64,000 nt of DNA from an uncultured Spirochaetota bacterium (GTDB lineage Bacteria > Spirochaetota > Spirochaetia > SZUA-6 > Fen-1364): the NCBI GenBank assembly GCA_963820525.1, contig CAWGAA010000001.1, forward strand, positions 2,272,001 through 2,336,000, written 5' to 3'. The notes under the pieces were generated by a model. That model saw only the letters and a list, made by a program, of their open reading frames with translations. It searched no databases and was not told where the DNA came from. The translations under genes and the position numbers were made by a program. This document shows positions 39,824 to 49,015 of this stretch, piece after piece (the stretch's first letter is position 1; every line of letters starts with the position of its first letter).

Positions 39824-41068
39824 ATGGTTGATCTGTTCGACAAGTGCAGGGGAGAGGGGGGGTATTTCGGCGCCTTCCGAGTCAAGGATGACATGTACTA
39901 TTCCCGGCCCGTTCTGGAAGGAACCCCGGGGCCCCGGATGACCTTTCAGGGAAAAGAAGTGGTCGTGTGGGCCATCAACAACTACCTCGGGATGGCGGGA
40001 AACGCCGAGGTGAAAAAGGCCGCCGCCGCATCCCTGGAGCGGTGGGGCACCTACACCCCGATGGGCTCCCTGATGCTCACGGGCAACACCGAGGCCCACA
40101 TGCGGCTTGAGCGCCTGCTTTCCGAATTCGTCGGAAAGCAGGCCGCAAACCTCTTCAACTACGGCTACCTCGGGGTCATCGGAACCATCAGCGCCCTGGT
40201 GGGGCCCGAGGACGTGATCGTCATGGACCGCCTCAGCCACGCAAGTATCGTGGACGGGGTGGTCCTCGCCTCGGCCGGCAGGCGCTTCCGGCCCTTCAAG
40301 CACAATGACCTCGACAACCTCGAGTTCCATCTCAAGGGGGCAAACCGGGACAGGAAGGGCGGCATCCTCATCGTCACCGAAGGGGTGTACGGGATGAGGG
40401 GAGACCTGGCCGACCTCCCGGGCATCTGCGCCCTGAAGGAGAAGTACGGGGCGCGCCTGTTCGTTGACGACGCGCACGGCTTCGGCGTGGTAGGGGAGAA
40501 CGGGCGCGGGATCGGGGAGCACTTCGGCGTGCAGGAGAGGATCGACCTGTACTTCTCCACCTTCGCCAAGTCTTTTGCCGCAATCGGAGGCTTCACGGCC
40601 GGGGAAGAGGAGCCGATCCGCTACATCAAGTACAACGCCCGCACCAACGTGTTCGCCAAGAGCCTCCCCATGGTCTTCGTCGATGCGATAGCGACCTCAC
40701 TCGAGGTGATCAAGAGCAGGCCGGAGCTTCGTCGGCGCATGTGGCGGATCTCGGAAAGGCTTCAGAAGGGCCTCACGGACCTCGGCTACGACATCGGAGA
40801 CACCAGGACACCCATCACCCCCGTGTACGTGCCGGCAGGCGACGTTCAGACCGCCATGGCGATGATCCGGATGCTCCGGGAGGAATACGGGATCTTCGTT
40901 TCCGGGGTCATGTACCCCGTGGTCCCGCCCGGGGTGGTCATGTTCCGGATGATTCCCACCGCCTCCCACACGGAAGAGGACGTGGACAGGACCCTCTCCG
41001 GGTTCAAGAGCATGCGAGACCGGCTGAAGCTGGACTTGAGCCAGAAGCCCTCGCTGAAGAACAGGTAG
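39824..41068 (+). CDS. capB: Alpha-oxoamine synthase, cysteate C-fatty acyltransferase type (CapB/SulA-like)
   Basis: NNYLG, SHASIVDG, TEGVYGMRG, DDAHG, YFSTFAKS (PLP Lys), YIKYNARTNVFAKSLPM (Lys where SPT has FSAS), RMIPTASHT; GAGGAGG RBS in a 14-nt spacer after cysteate synthase. Confidence 0.8.
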   Translation: MVDLFDKCRGEGGYFGAFRVKDDMYYSRPVLEGTPGPRMTFQGKEVVVWAINNYLGMAGNAEVKKAAAASLERWGTYTPMGSLMLTGNTEAHMRLERLLSEFVGKQAANLFNYGYLGVIGTISALVGPEDVIVMDRLSHASIVDGVVLASAGRRFRPFKHNDLDNLEFHLKGANRDRKGGILIVTEGVYGMRGDLADLPGICALKEKYGARLFVDDAHGFGVVGENGRGIGEHFGVQERIDLYFSTFAKSFAAIGGFTAGEEEPIRYIKYNARTNVFAKSLPMVFVDAIATSLEVIKSRPELRRRMWRISERLQKGLTDLGYDIGDTRTPITPVYVPAGDVQTAMAMIRMLREEYGIFVSGVMYPVVPPGVVMFRMIPTASHTEEDVDRTLSGFKSMRDRLKLDLSQKPSLKNR

Positions 41069-41205
41069 ATCAGGGCTCACGTTGAAGGCGCGGGCCCGTG
41101 TGCCGCAGCGAGAAAAAACGGGCGCGCCAGCCATGGGGCGCCCGCTGCACGCCCGCTGCTCTTCCTTGACACGCGGCCGCGATTCAAGGACACTTGCCGC
41201 TGATC

Positions 41206-42132
41206 ATGAGTCAGCGGCGGTCGGACAGGTTTGCCGGGAGGCCATGGCAGTCTCCCACGCTCATGGTATGCGCCTTTTTGCTTGCCGCCCTGCTCTCCTC
41301 CGGCTGCGGTCCGAGCCGCGGCGAGGTCGCCTCCACCTCAGCTTCGGCCAACTCCACAATCCAGATCACGGGGTCCGACACCCTGGTCAACCTGGCCCTT
41401 GCATGGGCCGAAGCCTACATGAACCTGCACCCCGACGTTCGTATCTCCGTGACGGGAGGCGGCTCGGGCACGGGCATCGCCTCCCTGATAAACGGCACGA
41501 TCAACATCGCCGACGCGTCCCGCGAAATGACGGCGGAAGAGATCGCCGCGGCGCGGAAGAACGGAATCGATCCCGTTCGATTCACGGTGGCCCTCGATGC
41601 CATCGCCGTCGTTGTCAACCTCGAGAACCCCGTCACGGGCCTTACCCTGCCCCAGCTCTCGCAAATCTACACGGCCAGGATCTCCACCTGGAGTGAAGTA
41701 GGCGGCGACAACCGTCCCATCGTGCTTCTCTCACGCGAGTCCAACTCGGGAACCTACGTATACTTCCTCGAGCGCGTCGTGCGCCTGGGAGAGAAAGGCA
41801 ACAGCGCCCTGTTCTCCCCCGACACCCTGCTGATGCCCTCATCCGAGGGGATAAGCGTCGAGGTGAAGCAGAACCCGAACGCCATCGGCTATGACGGCCT
41901 CGGCTACGTCACCCCCCAACAGAAGGTTGTCGCGGTCGCTTCCGAGCCGGGCAGGCCGTTCGTTCTTCCCTCCTCGAAGACGGTCCTGGACGGCTCGTAC
42001 CCGATCGCCCGGCCCCTGTTCATGTACACGGCGGGCGAGCCCTCCGGGGCGACCAGGCAGTATCTGGACTGGATCATGACCGACGGCCAGGCCATCGTGA
42101 AAAACCTCGGCTTCGTGCCGCTCAAGGAGTAG
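41206..42132 (+). CDS. pstS: Phosphate ABC transporter substrate-binding lipoprotein
   Basis: Lipobox SSGC; GSDT, GGGSGTGI, ADASR, SRESNSGTY, YPIARPL. Confidence 0.93.
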   Translation: MSQRRSDRFAGRPWQSPTLMVCAFLLAALLSSGCGPSRGEVASTSASANSTIQITGSDTLVNLALAWAEAYMNLHPDVRISVTGGGSGTGIASLINGTINIADASREMTAEEIAAARKNGIDPVRFTVALDAIAVVVNLENPVTGLTLPQLSQIYTARISTWSEVGGDNRPIVLLSRESNSGTYVYFLERVVRLGEKGNSALFSPDTLLMPSSEGISVEVKQNPNAIGYDGLGYVTPQQKVVAVASEPGRPFVLPSSKTVLDGSYPIARPLFMYTAGEPSGATRQYLDWIMTDGQAIVKNLGFVPLKE

Positions 42133-42137
42133 GGAAA

Positions 42138-43049
42138 ATGAGCGCGGCGAAGGACCGGCAGTCAACAAGGGCGCGCCGATGGGAAATCGCCATCGAAGCC
42201 TTCATCCGGGCCCTTGGCTTCTCCACCGTCGCCTTGGTCTGCCTTATCTTTTTGTTCCTGCTTCGCGAAGGGCTTCCCGCCTTCTTCGAGGTCGCCCCCG
42301 GAAATCTTTTTAGCTCCCACTGGTATCCCACTTTCGGCTTCTTCGGCACCCTGCCGCTCATCCTGGGCTCCATTCTCGTCACGCTGGTGGCCATCGTGAT
42401 CGCGCTGCCCCTGGGGGTGGCCACCGCCGTATTCGTCCGGGAGGTGGCGCCGGGGTGGGTCCGCGAGATCCTCAAGCCGATGATCGAGATCCTGGCCGGA
42501 ATTCCCTCCGTGGTGCTGGGATTCTTCGGCATGACCATCATCGCCCCGTTCGTGCGCCAGGCCCTCGGCGCGCCCACGGGCCTTACGGCGTTCACCGGCG
42601 CCCTCGTGCTCGCCTACATGAGCCTTCCCACGATCATCAGCGTGGCCGAAGACGCGCTGGACGCGGTTCCCAAGGGCTACCGGGACGCGGGCCTGGCGAT
42701 GGGAGCGACGAAGTGGCAGACGATCTGGCGGGTGGTGGTCCCCGCGGGACGCTCCGGGATCCTCACCGCCGTCATGCTCGGCATGGGGCGCGCCATCGGA
42801 GAGACCATGGCGGTGATGATGGTGACGGGAAACGCGGCGCGCATGCCCCTCGATTTTTCCTCGCTCATGGAGCCGGTGCGAACCATGACGGCCACCATCG
42901 CCGCGGAGATGGGTGAGGTGGCCCGGGGGAGCACCCACTACCACACCCTGTTCGCCATCGGAATCATCCTCTTCCTCATCACCTTCGCCACGAACCTCGC
43001 CGCCGCATCGGCGATCTTCAAGAAGCGGCGCCAGGGAGGGCTTCGCTGA
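42138..43049 (+). CDS. pstC: Phosphate ABC transporter permease
   Basis: EILAGIPSVV, GRAIGETMAVMMVTGN. Confidence 0.95.
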   Translation: MSAAKDRQSTRARRWEIAIEAFIRALGFSTVALVCLIFLFLLREGLPAFFEVAPGNLFSSHWYPTFGFFGTLPLILGSILVTLVAIVIALPLGVATAVFVREVAPGWVREILKPMIEILAGIPSVVLGFFGMTIIAPFVRQALGAPTGLTAFTGALVLAYMSLPTIISVAEDALDAVPKGYRDAGLAMGATKWQTIWRVVVPAGRSGILTAVMLGMGRAIGETMAVMMVTGNAARMPLDFSSLMEPVRTMTATIAAEMGEVARGSTHYHTLFAIGIILFLITFATNLAAASAIFKKRRQGGLR

Positions 43050-43894
43050 TGAACCGCTACCTGGTCCAGCGCCTCGGTTTCATCCTCCTGGGCGCGATTG
43101 CCCTGATCGTGGTCATCCCCATCCTGATCGTGGTGGCAACGATCGTGGCCAAGGGCCTGGGGGCGATGAGCTGGGAGTTCCTCTCCTCCATGCCCCGGGG
43201 CGGCATGAAGGAGGGGGGCATCCTTCCCGCCATTGTCGGGACGGTCCTCCTCACCCTGGGCTGCGCGGCGGCCGCGGTGCCCGTCGGGGTTGGAGGGGCG
43301 ATCTATCTTTCCGAATACGCGCGCGACACGCGGCTCACGCGGGCGATACGCCTTGCCATCGTGAACCTGGCGGGAATCCCCTCGATCGTGTACGGGCTCT
43401 TCGGGCTGGGGATGTTCGTCCTGTTCTTCCGCTTCGGCGCCTCGATCCTTGCCGGGTCGCTGACCCTGGCGATCATGACCCTTCCGGTGATCATCTCCAC
43501 GGGAGAGGAGGCGCTGCGCTCCGTGCCCGTGGAGTTTCGAACCGTGTCGGCCAGCCTCGGCGGCACGCGCTGGCAGGGCATCCAGAACATCGTGCTACCC
43601 CAGGCTCTTCCCGGAATCATCACGGGAGTGATCCTGGGGCTCCTCCGCGCCGCGGGAGAAACGGCCCCCATCCTTTTCACGGTGGCCGCCTTCTACCTTC
43701 CCCGCCTGCCCAGCTCGCCGTTCGACCAGACCATGGCCCTGCCCTATCACCTCTATGTCATCAGCACGCAGGTGCCCGGCATGCCCTCCAAGGTTCAGTA
43801 CGGGACCGCCCTCGTGCTCCTGGCCTTCGTTCTCTCGCTCAACGTGGTCGCCACTCTCATCAGGAGGCATTTCCGGAGGAAGAGGCAGTGGTAG
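43049..43894 (+). CDS. pstA: Phosphate ABC transporter permease
   Basis: IYLSEY, NLAGIPSIVYGLFG, RAAGETAP. Confidence 0.95.
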   Translation: MNRYLVQRLGFILLGAIALIVVIPILIVVATIVAKGLGAMSWEFLSSMPRGGMKEGGILPAIVGTVLLTLGCAAAAVPVGVGGAIYLSEYARDTRLTRAIRLAIVNLAGIPSIVYGLFGLGMFVLFFRFGASILAGSLTLAIMTLPVIISTGEEALRSVPVEFRTVSASLGGTRWQGIQNIVLPQALPGIITGVILGLLRAAGETAPILFTVAAFYLPRLPSSPFDQTMALPYHLYVISTQVPGMPSKVQYGTALVLLAFVLSLNVVATLIRRHFRRKRQW

Positions 43895-43905
43895 AGGGCA
43901 GATCC

Positions 43906-44664
43906 GTGGTCAACCCCAAGATCATCATTGAAAGCCTTTCCTACTCCTATGGAGGCAAGTCCTCGCTCGAGGATATCAGCCTCTCCATCCCGGGCAAGGC
44001 GGTCACCGTCTTTTTCGGCCCGGCCGGCGGCGGAAAGACCACCCTGATGCGCCTGATCAACAGGCTCAACGACCTGGTGGGAGAAACCCGCATGACGGGA
44101 AGGATCCTCCTCGACGGTGAGGATATCTATGCGCCGAACACCGACGTGACGCGCCTGCGCCGCCTCGTGGGCATGGTCTTCGCCCTGCCCCTCCCCCTGC
44201 CCGGCACGATCCGGGAGAACGTCGTCTACGGCCCACGCCTTGCGGGAACGCGGAACAAGGCAACGCTTGAGGGAATCATCGAGCGAAGCCTCGCCCAGGC
44301 GGCACTCTGGGGCGAGGTGAAAGACCGCCTGGACAGCCCCGCTTCGAGCCTCTCCGGGGGCCAGCAGCAGAGGTTGTGCATCGCGCGCAGCCTCGCCCTG
44401 GAGCCGGAAGTGCTCCTCCTCGACGAGCCGACCTCCGGCCTGGATCCGATCTCGACGGCCAAGGTGGAAGAATCCCTCCTGGAGCTCAAGAAGAGCTACG
44501 CCATCATCATGGTTCCCCACAGCGTCGGGCAGGCGGCCCGGATCGCGGATTACGCCGCCTTCTTCCTCATGGGCCGGCTGGTGGAGTTCGACGAGGGTCC
44601 CACCGTCTTCACCTCTCCTCGGGAGAAGCAGACCGAGGACTACATCACGGGCAGGTTCGGGTAG
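43906..44664 (+). CDS. pstB: Phosphate ABC transporter ATP-binding protein, divergent copy
   Basis: [42 protein letters not shown]-loop reads VFALP. Confidence 0.88.
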   Translation: MVNPKIIIESLSYSYGGKSSLEDISLSIPGKAVTVFFGPAGGGKTTLMRLINRLNDLVGETRMTGRILLDGEDIYAPNTDVTRLRRLVGMVFALPLPLPGTIRENVVYGPRLAGTRNKATLEGIIERSLAQAALWGEVKDRLDSPASSLSGGQQQRLCIARSLALEPEVLLLDEPTSGLDPISTAKVEESLLELKKSYAIIMVPHSVGQAARIADYAAFFLMGRLVEFDEGPTVFTSPREKQTEDYITGRFG

Positions 44665-44667
44665 GCC

Positions 44668-45435
44668 ATGGGTGGAATATCGGTTGATGGGCTTTCTTTC
44701 TCCTATGGCAGCCGACTGGCGCTGTCCGACGTGCGGGTCGAGATCGGGGAGCGGAGGATCACCGCCCTGATCGGCCCGTCGGGCTGCGGCAAGTCCACGT
44801 TCCTCAGGTGCCTCAACCGGATGAACGACACGATCCCCTCTTCCCGCGTGAAGGGGAGCGTGAAGCTGGACGGCCAGGACATCTATGCTCCGGGCACCGA
44901 CGTGGTGGCGCTTCGAAGGCGCGTGGGCATGGTCTTCCAGAGACCCAACCCCTTCCCCCAGTCCGTGTTCGACAACGTCGCCTTCGGCCCCCGCGTGCTG
45001 GGCACGCACAGCGGCAGGGAGCTCGCCGACGCGGTGGAGCAGAGCCTGCGGGGCGCAGACCTGTGGAACGAGGTGAAAGACTCGATGTCCCAGGACGCCC
45101 TTGCCCTATCGCTGGGCCAGCAGCAGCGGCTGTGCATCGCGCGCGTGATCGCCGTGAAGCCCGAGGTGATCCTCATGGACGAGCCCTGCTCGGCCCTCGA
45201 CCCCATTGGCACGCTTCGCATCGAGGAGCTGATGCGGACCCTGGTGAACGACTACACCATCGTCATCGTGACGCACAACATGCAGCAGGCGGCGCGGGTT
45301 TCCGACTACACCGGCTTCTTCTGGCTGAACGAGGAGAGGGCGGGAATACTGGCGGAGTACGGGCCCACGGAGGAGCTTTTCACGAGCCCGCGGGACAAGC
45401 GTACTGAAGACTACATCACCGGCCGATACGGATAA
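44668..45435 (+). CDS. pstB: Phosphate ABC transporter ATP-binding protein
   Basis: [45 protein letters not shown]. Confidence 0.93.
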   Translation: MGGISVDGLSFSYGSRLALSDVRVEIGERRITALIGPSGCGKSTFLRCLNRMNDTIPSSRVKGSVKLDGQDIYAPGTDVVALRRRVGMVFQRPNPFPQSVFDNVAFGPRVLGTHSGRELADAVEQSLRGADLWNEVKDSMSQDALALSLGQQQRLCIARVIAVKPEVILMDEPCSALDPIGTLRIEELMRTLVNDYTIVIVTHNMQQAARVSDYTGFFWLNEERAGILAEYGPTEELFTSPRDKRTEDYITGRYG

Positions 45436-45450
45436 CAGGAGGGCATTGTC

Positions 45451-46122
45451 ATGCCACGGGAAAGATTCGAGCACGAACTGCAGCGCCTGCAGGCGGATGT
45501 CCTCGCGCTGGGACATGTGGCGCAGAAAGCGCTGGTTGATTCCGTCGAGACCCTCAGGCTGCAGGATCTGGACAAGGCCCGCGCGCTCATCGAGGGAGAC
45601 CGCGCCATCAATGAGAAGCGCTTCGCACTGGAAAACGAGGTCATCACCCTGATCGCGACCCAGCAGCCGATGGCGGGAGACCTCCGCATCCTCGCCGAGG
45701 TGCTGGAGCTCGTCACCGAGATGGAGCGCATCGCGGACTACGCCAAGGGCATCGCGAACATCGCGCTCATGATCGGCAAGGAGCCCCTCCTGAAGCCCCT
45801 GGTCGACATTCCCCGCATGGCCGCCAAGGCGAGCGATATGCTGGGCCGGGCGCTGGACGCGTTCATCCGCAGGGACGTGGATCTGGCCCGCGCCATCCCC
45901 AAGGAAGACGTCGAGGTGGACGCCCTCTACGAGCAGATCTACAGGGAGCTGGTCACCTACATCATGCAAAACCCGAAGAACATCGATCAGGCCACCCGCC
46001 TCACCTGGGTGGCCCACAACCTGGAGCGCGTTGCCGACAGGGTGGGAAACATCTGCGAAAGGGTGGTTTTCTCCGTCACGGGCAAGATCGAGGAGCTGGC
46101 GGGGCCCCCGGAGACGCAATAG
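45451..46122 (+). CDS. phoU: Phosphate signalling protein PhoU
   Basis: QQPMAGDLR, EMERIADY, NLERVADR. Confidence 0.95.
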   Translation: MPRERFEHELQRLQADVLALGHVAQKALVDSVETLRLQDLDKARALIEGDRAINEKRFALENEVITLIATQQPMAGDLRILAEVLELVTEMERIADYAKGIANIALMIGKEPLLKPLVDIPRMAAKASDMLGRALDAFIRRDVDLARAIPKEDVEVDALYEQIYRELVTYIMQNPKNIDQATRLTWVAHNLERVADRVGNICERVVFSVTGKIEELAGPPETQ

Positions 46123-46176
46123 AGCTTTTACCGCCTTGCATGATATCCCCGGCGTGAGTACATTACCCTCCCGAGT

Positions 46177-48174
46177 ATGCGAAACAGGCATTCCGAGCGC
46201 CCTATCGAACGGCTGAAAGGCATCATCCTCGGAGCAGCGCGAAATCCCCAGGATCCCCAGCTCTTCCACAAGCTTTCCCTCGTCGCCTTCTTCGCATGGG
46301 TCGGGCTGGGCGCGGACGGCCTGTCCTCATCCTCCTACGGTCCCGAGGAGGCCTTCCTTGCCCTGGGCAGCCACACGTTCCTTGGACTCTTCGTGGCGCT
46401 GGCGACGGCATTGACCATCTTCATCATCGCGACGAGCTACTCTCAGATCGTCGAGCTTTTCCCCACGGGGGGCGGCGGATACCTGGTGGCGAGCAAGCTC
46501 CTCTCCCCCACTCTCGGGATGGTCTCGGGAAGCGCGCTCCTCATCGACTACCTCCTCACCATCACCCTCTCCGTCGCGAGCGGAGCCGACGCGATCTTCA
46601 GCTTCCTTCCCCTGTCCTGGCTGCGCTACAAGCTCGTCTTCGCCCTGGCAGGCGTCCTGCTCCTTACCGTGATGAACCTGCGGGGGGTCAAGGAATCCGT
46701 GGTTCCCCTTGTCCCCATCTTTCTCATCTTTCTGGCAACCCACGCCTTCGCCATCCTCTATGCCGTCGGGGCGAACCTCTCCATATTCCCCGAGGTTGCC
46801 CGCACCACCGGGGCGGAGCTGGGGCGCGCCGGCAAAGAGCTCGGCGGCCTGGGAATGATGATCCTCATCCTTCGCTCCTACAGCATGGGAGCGGGGACCT
46901 ATACGGGAATCGAGGCCGTGAGCAATGGAATCCCCATCCTTCGCGAGCCGAAGGTGCAGACGGCAAAGAAGACCATGCGCTACATGGCCGCCTCTCTCGC
47001 CTTCACCGCCGTGGGGTTGATGCTCGGGTATCTCCTCTTCAACGTGCGTCACGTACCGGGCAGGACGCTCAATGCGGTGCTGATGGAGCGGATCGCCTCC
47101 GGCTGGGGCGTCCCCGGCTACATCTTCGCGCTGGTCACCCTCCTCTCCGAGGCCGTGCTGCTCTTCGTGGCGGCCCAGACCGGCTTCCTCGACGGGCCGC
47201 GGGTCCTGGCCAACATGTCGCTGGACCGGTGGCTGCCCCAGCAGTTCAGCCTCTTGAGCGAGCGGCTCGTGATCAAGAATGGAATCCTCCTCATGGGGGG
47301 AGCCTCCGCCCTGCTCATGCTGGCCAGCGGCGGCTCGGTTCAGCTCCTGGTCGTCTTCTACGCCATCAATGTATTCATCACGTTCTGCCTCTCACAGACC
47401 GGAATGGTCCGCCACTGGTGGAAAGAGAGAAAGAACACGCCGGGGTGGTCGCGGAAGCTCTTCATCAACGGGATCGGTCTCCTTCTCTCCGGCTTCATCC
47501 TGGTCTCCCAGATCGTGCTGAAGTTCCAGCAGGGCGGGTGGATCACCATCGCGATCACCGGCTCTCTGGTTCTGGTCGCCGTGCTTGTCAGGCGCTTCTA
47601 TGCCCGCACCAACAAGAAGCTCAAGCGGCTCGACCACCTGATGGAGGCGGCCGTCGCTCCCTCGGCTTCGGAGGAGCCCGGCGCGAAAAAGAAGCCCGCC
47701 CCCCGATTCAAGCCCGAGGGGAAAACCGCCGTCATCCTGGTGTCCGGCTTCAATGGGACCGGCCTGCACACCCTCTTCAATGTCCGGCGGGTATTCGGGG
47801 AGGTGTTCAAGAATTTCGTTTTCATGCAGGCGGGGATCATCGACGCGGACCGCTTCAAAGGCGCCGAGGCCCTGGAGAAGCTCTCCAGCCACGTGCAGGA
47901 GGGGCTGGACCGCTACGTGGAGTTCCTCCGCACCCAGGGCATCCACGCCGAGGGGGTCTCCGCCCTGGGCACCGACGTGGCCGACGAGATCTGCGATCTT
48001 GCCCGAAAGATCTTCAAGAAAAACCCCAACTCCGTGTTCTTCGGCGGGCAGATCGTGTTCCCGGAAGAGACGTTCCTCTCGCGCCTGCTGTACAACTACA
48101 CATCCTTCGCCGTGCAGCGGCGCTTGCACCAGGACGGGATCCCGTTCATCATCATGCCGGTGCGGGTGAAGTAG
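46177..48174 (+). CDS. APC superfamily permease, KimA-like (probable K+ transporter)
   Basis: ADGLSSSSYGPEE, FPTGGGGY, DYLLTITLSV, NLRGVKES, TGIEAVSNG; cytoplasmic C-terminal domain. Confidence 0.8.
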   Translation: MRNRHSERPIERLKGIILGAARNPQDPQLFHKLSLVAFFAWVGLGADGLSSSSYGPEEAFLALGSHTFLGLFVALATALTIFIIATSYSQIVELFPTGGGGYLVASKLLSPTLGMVSGSALLIDYLLTITLSVASGADAIFSFLPLSWLRYKLVFALAGVLLLTVMNLRGVKESVVPLVPIFLIFLATHAFAILYAVGANLSIFPEVARTTGAELGRAGKELGGLGMMILILRSYSMGAGTYTGIEAVSNGIPILREPKVQTAKKTMRYMAASLAFTAVGLMLGYLLFNVRHVPGRTLNAVLMERIASGWGVPGYIFALVTLLSEAVLLFVAAQTGFLDGPRVLANMSLDRWLPQQFSLLSERLVIKNGILLMGGASALLMLASGGSVQLLVVFYAINVFITFCLSQTGMVRHWWKERKNTPGWSRKLFINGIGLLLSGFILVSQIVLKFQQGGWITIAITGSLVLVAVLVRRFYARTNKKLKRLDHLMEAAVAPSASEEPGAKKKPAPRFKPEGKTAVILVSGFNGTGLHTLFNVRRVFGEVFKNFVFMQAGIIDADRFKGAEALEKLSSHVQEGLDRYVEFLRTQGIHAEGVSALGTDVADEICDLARKIFKKNPNSVFFGGQIVFPEETFLSRLLYNYTSFAVQRRLHQDGIPFIIMPVRVK

Positions 48175-48262
48175 CGCCGGACCTTCGGGCGAACGACGAT
48201 GGGCGCGAGCCGGAGAGGACGGCACGCCAGGTCCTGACCGCCGGCGAAAAAGGGGGCTAGAG

Positions 48263-48961
48263 ATGAGCACGTCTGACAATGAACGGCGCGAGCTTCTCCG
48301 GCTCTATGCTGACCTTCGGGTGGCCGACGTCCGCGACGGCATGGATTGGAACATGATGCACCGCTTCGGCTCCCTCTCCCCCGACATCAGGCCGCTTTAC
48401 AGAACCCGGGCGCTGGGAATTGCGCGGACCTGTCGATACCTCCCCTATACCGGGCCGATCCCGACCATGGCACCCGAGGAATACAGGAAGTGGTCGGACT
48501 GGTACTACCAGAACGTGTGCACCTACCCCTGGATGGAAGACATCGAGGAAGGGGACTTCATCGTGATCGACCAGAGCGGAGTGGATGCGGGGCTCATCGG
48601 CTCTGCAAACGGACTTGGAGGGCGTATCCGCGGGGCGCGGGGATACGTCACGAATGGGGGCGTCCGCGATACCGACGAGCTGATAGCCGAAAAGGTCCCT
48701 TTCTGGTCCAGGATCATTTCCCAATCCATGGTGCAGGGAAGGCTCGCGTTCGACGCAAAAGACGCGCCCGTCAGCGTCGGGGGGGTCACGGTATTTCCCG
48801 GAGATGTCGTCGTGGCGGATGGCGATGGAGTGATCGTGGTGCCCCGAAAGCTCGCCGTGGATGTGGCCAGGTACGCTCATCTGGAGCTGAAAAATGACAA
48901 GGTCGAAAGACGAAGGCTGTATGAGAATGCGGGGCTTCCGCCCGACGACACCGTTGTGTAA
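48263..48961 (+). CDS. RraA / HMG aldolase family protein
   Basis: VADVRDGMD, GGVRDTDE, VFPGDVVVADGDGVIVVP. Confidence 0.87.
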   Translation: MSTSDNERRELLRLYADLRVADVRDGMDWNMMHRFGSLSPDIRPLYRTRALGIARTCRYLPYTGPIPTMAPEEYRKWSDWYYQNVCTYPWMEDIEEGDFIVIDQSGVDAGLIGSANGLGGRIRGARGYVTNGGVRDTDELIAEKVPFWSRIISQSMVQGRLAFDAKDAPVSVGGVTVFPGDVVVADGDGVIVVPRKLAVDVARYAHLELKNDKVERRRLYENAGLPPDDTVV

Positions 48962-49015
48962 GCGCGCCCCCGACCTTCATTGGTGGCTATGCCTCGGCCC
49001 CCTCGCCCCGGCCGC

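Noticed and set aside
39824..41068. BioF or Kbl assignment
   Set aside because: No bio or tdh genes adjacent; the FAKS motif and operon context favour CapB/SulA.
42913..43905. Long N-terminal extension of the first PstB in the ORF track
   Set aside because: It is an off-frame read of pstC/pstA; PstB homology starts near 43906.
46296..48260. 654-aa alternative-frame ORF and similar long shadow ORFs (32315-34264, 57306-58817, 2111-2980)
   Set aside because: They overlap well-supported genes, are Arg/Pro/Gly-rich without motifs, and are expected in high-GC DNA.
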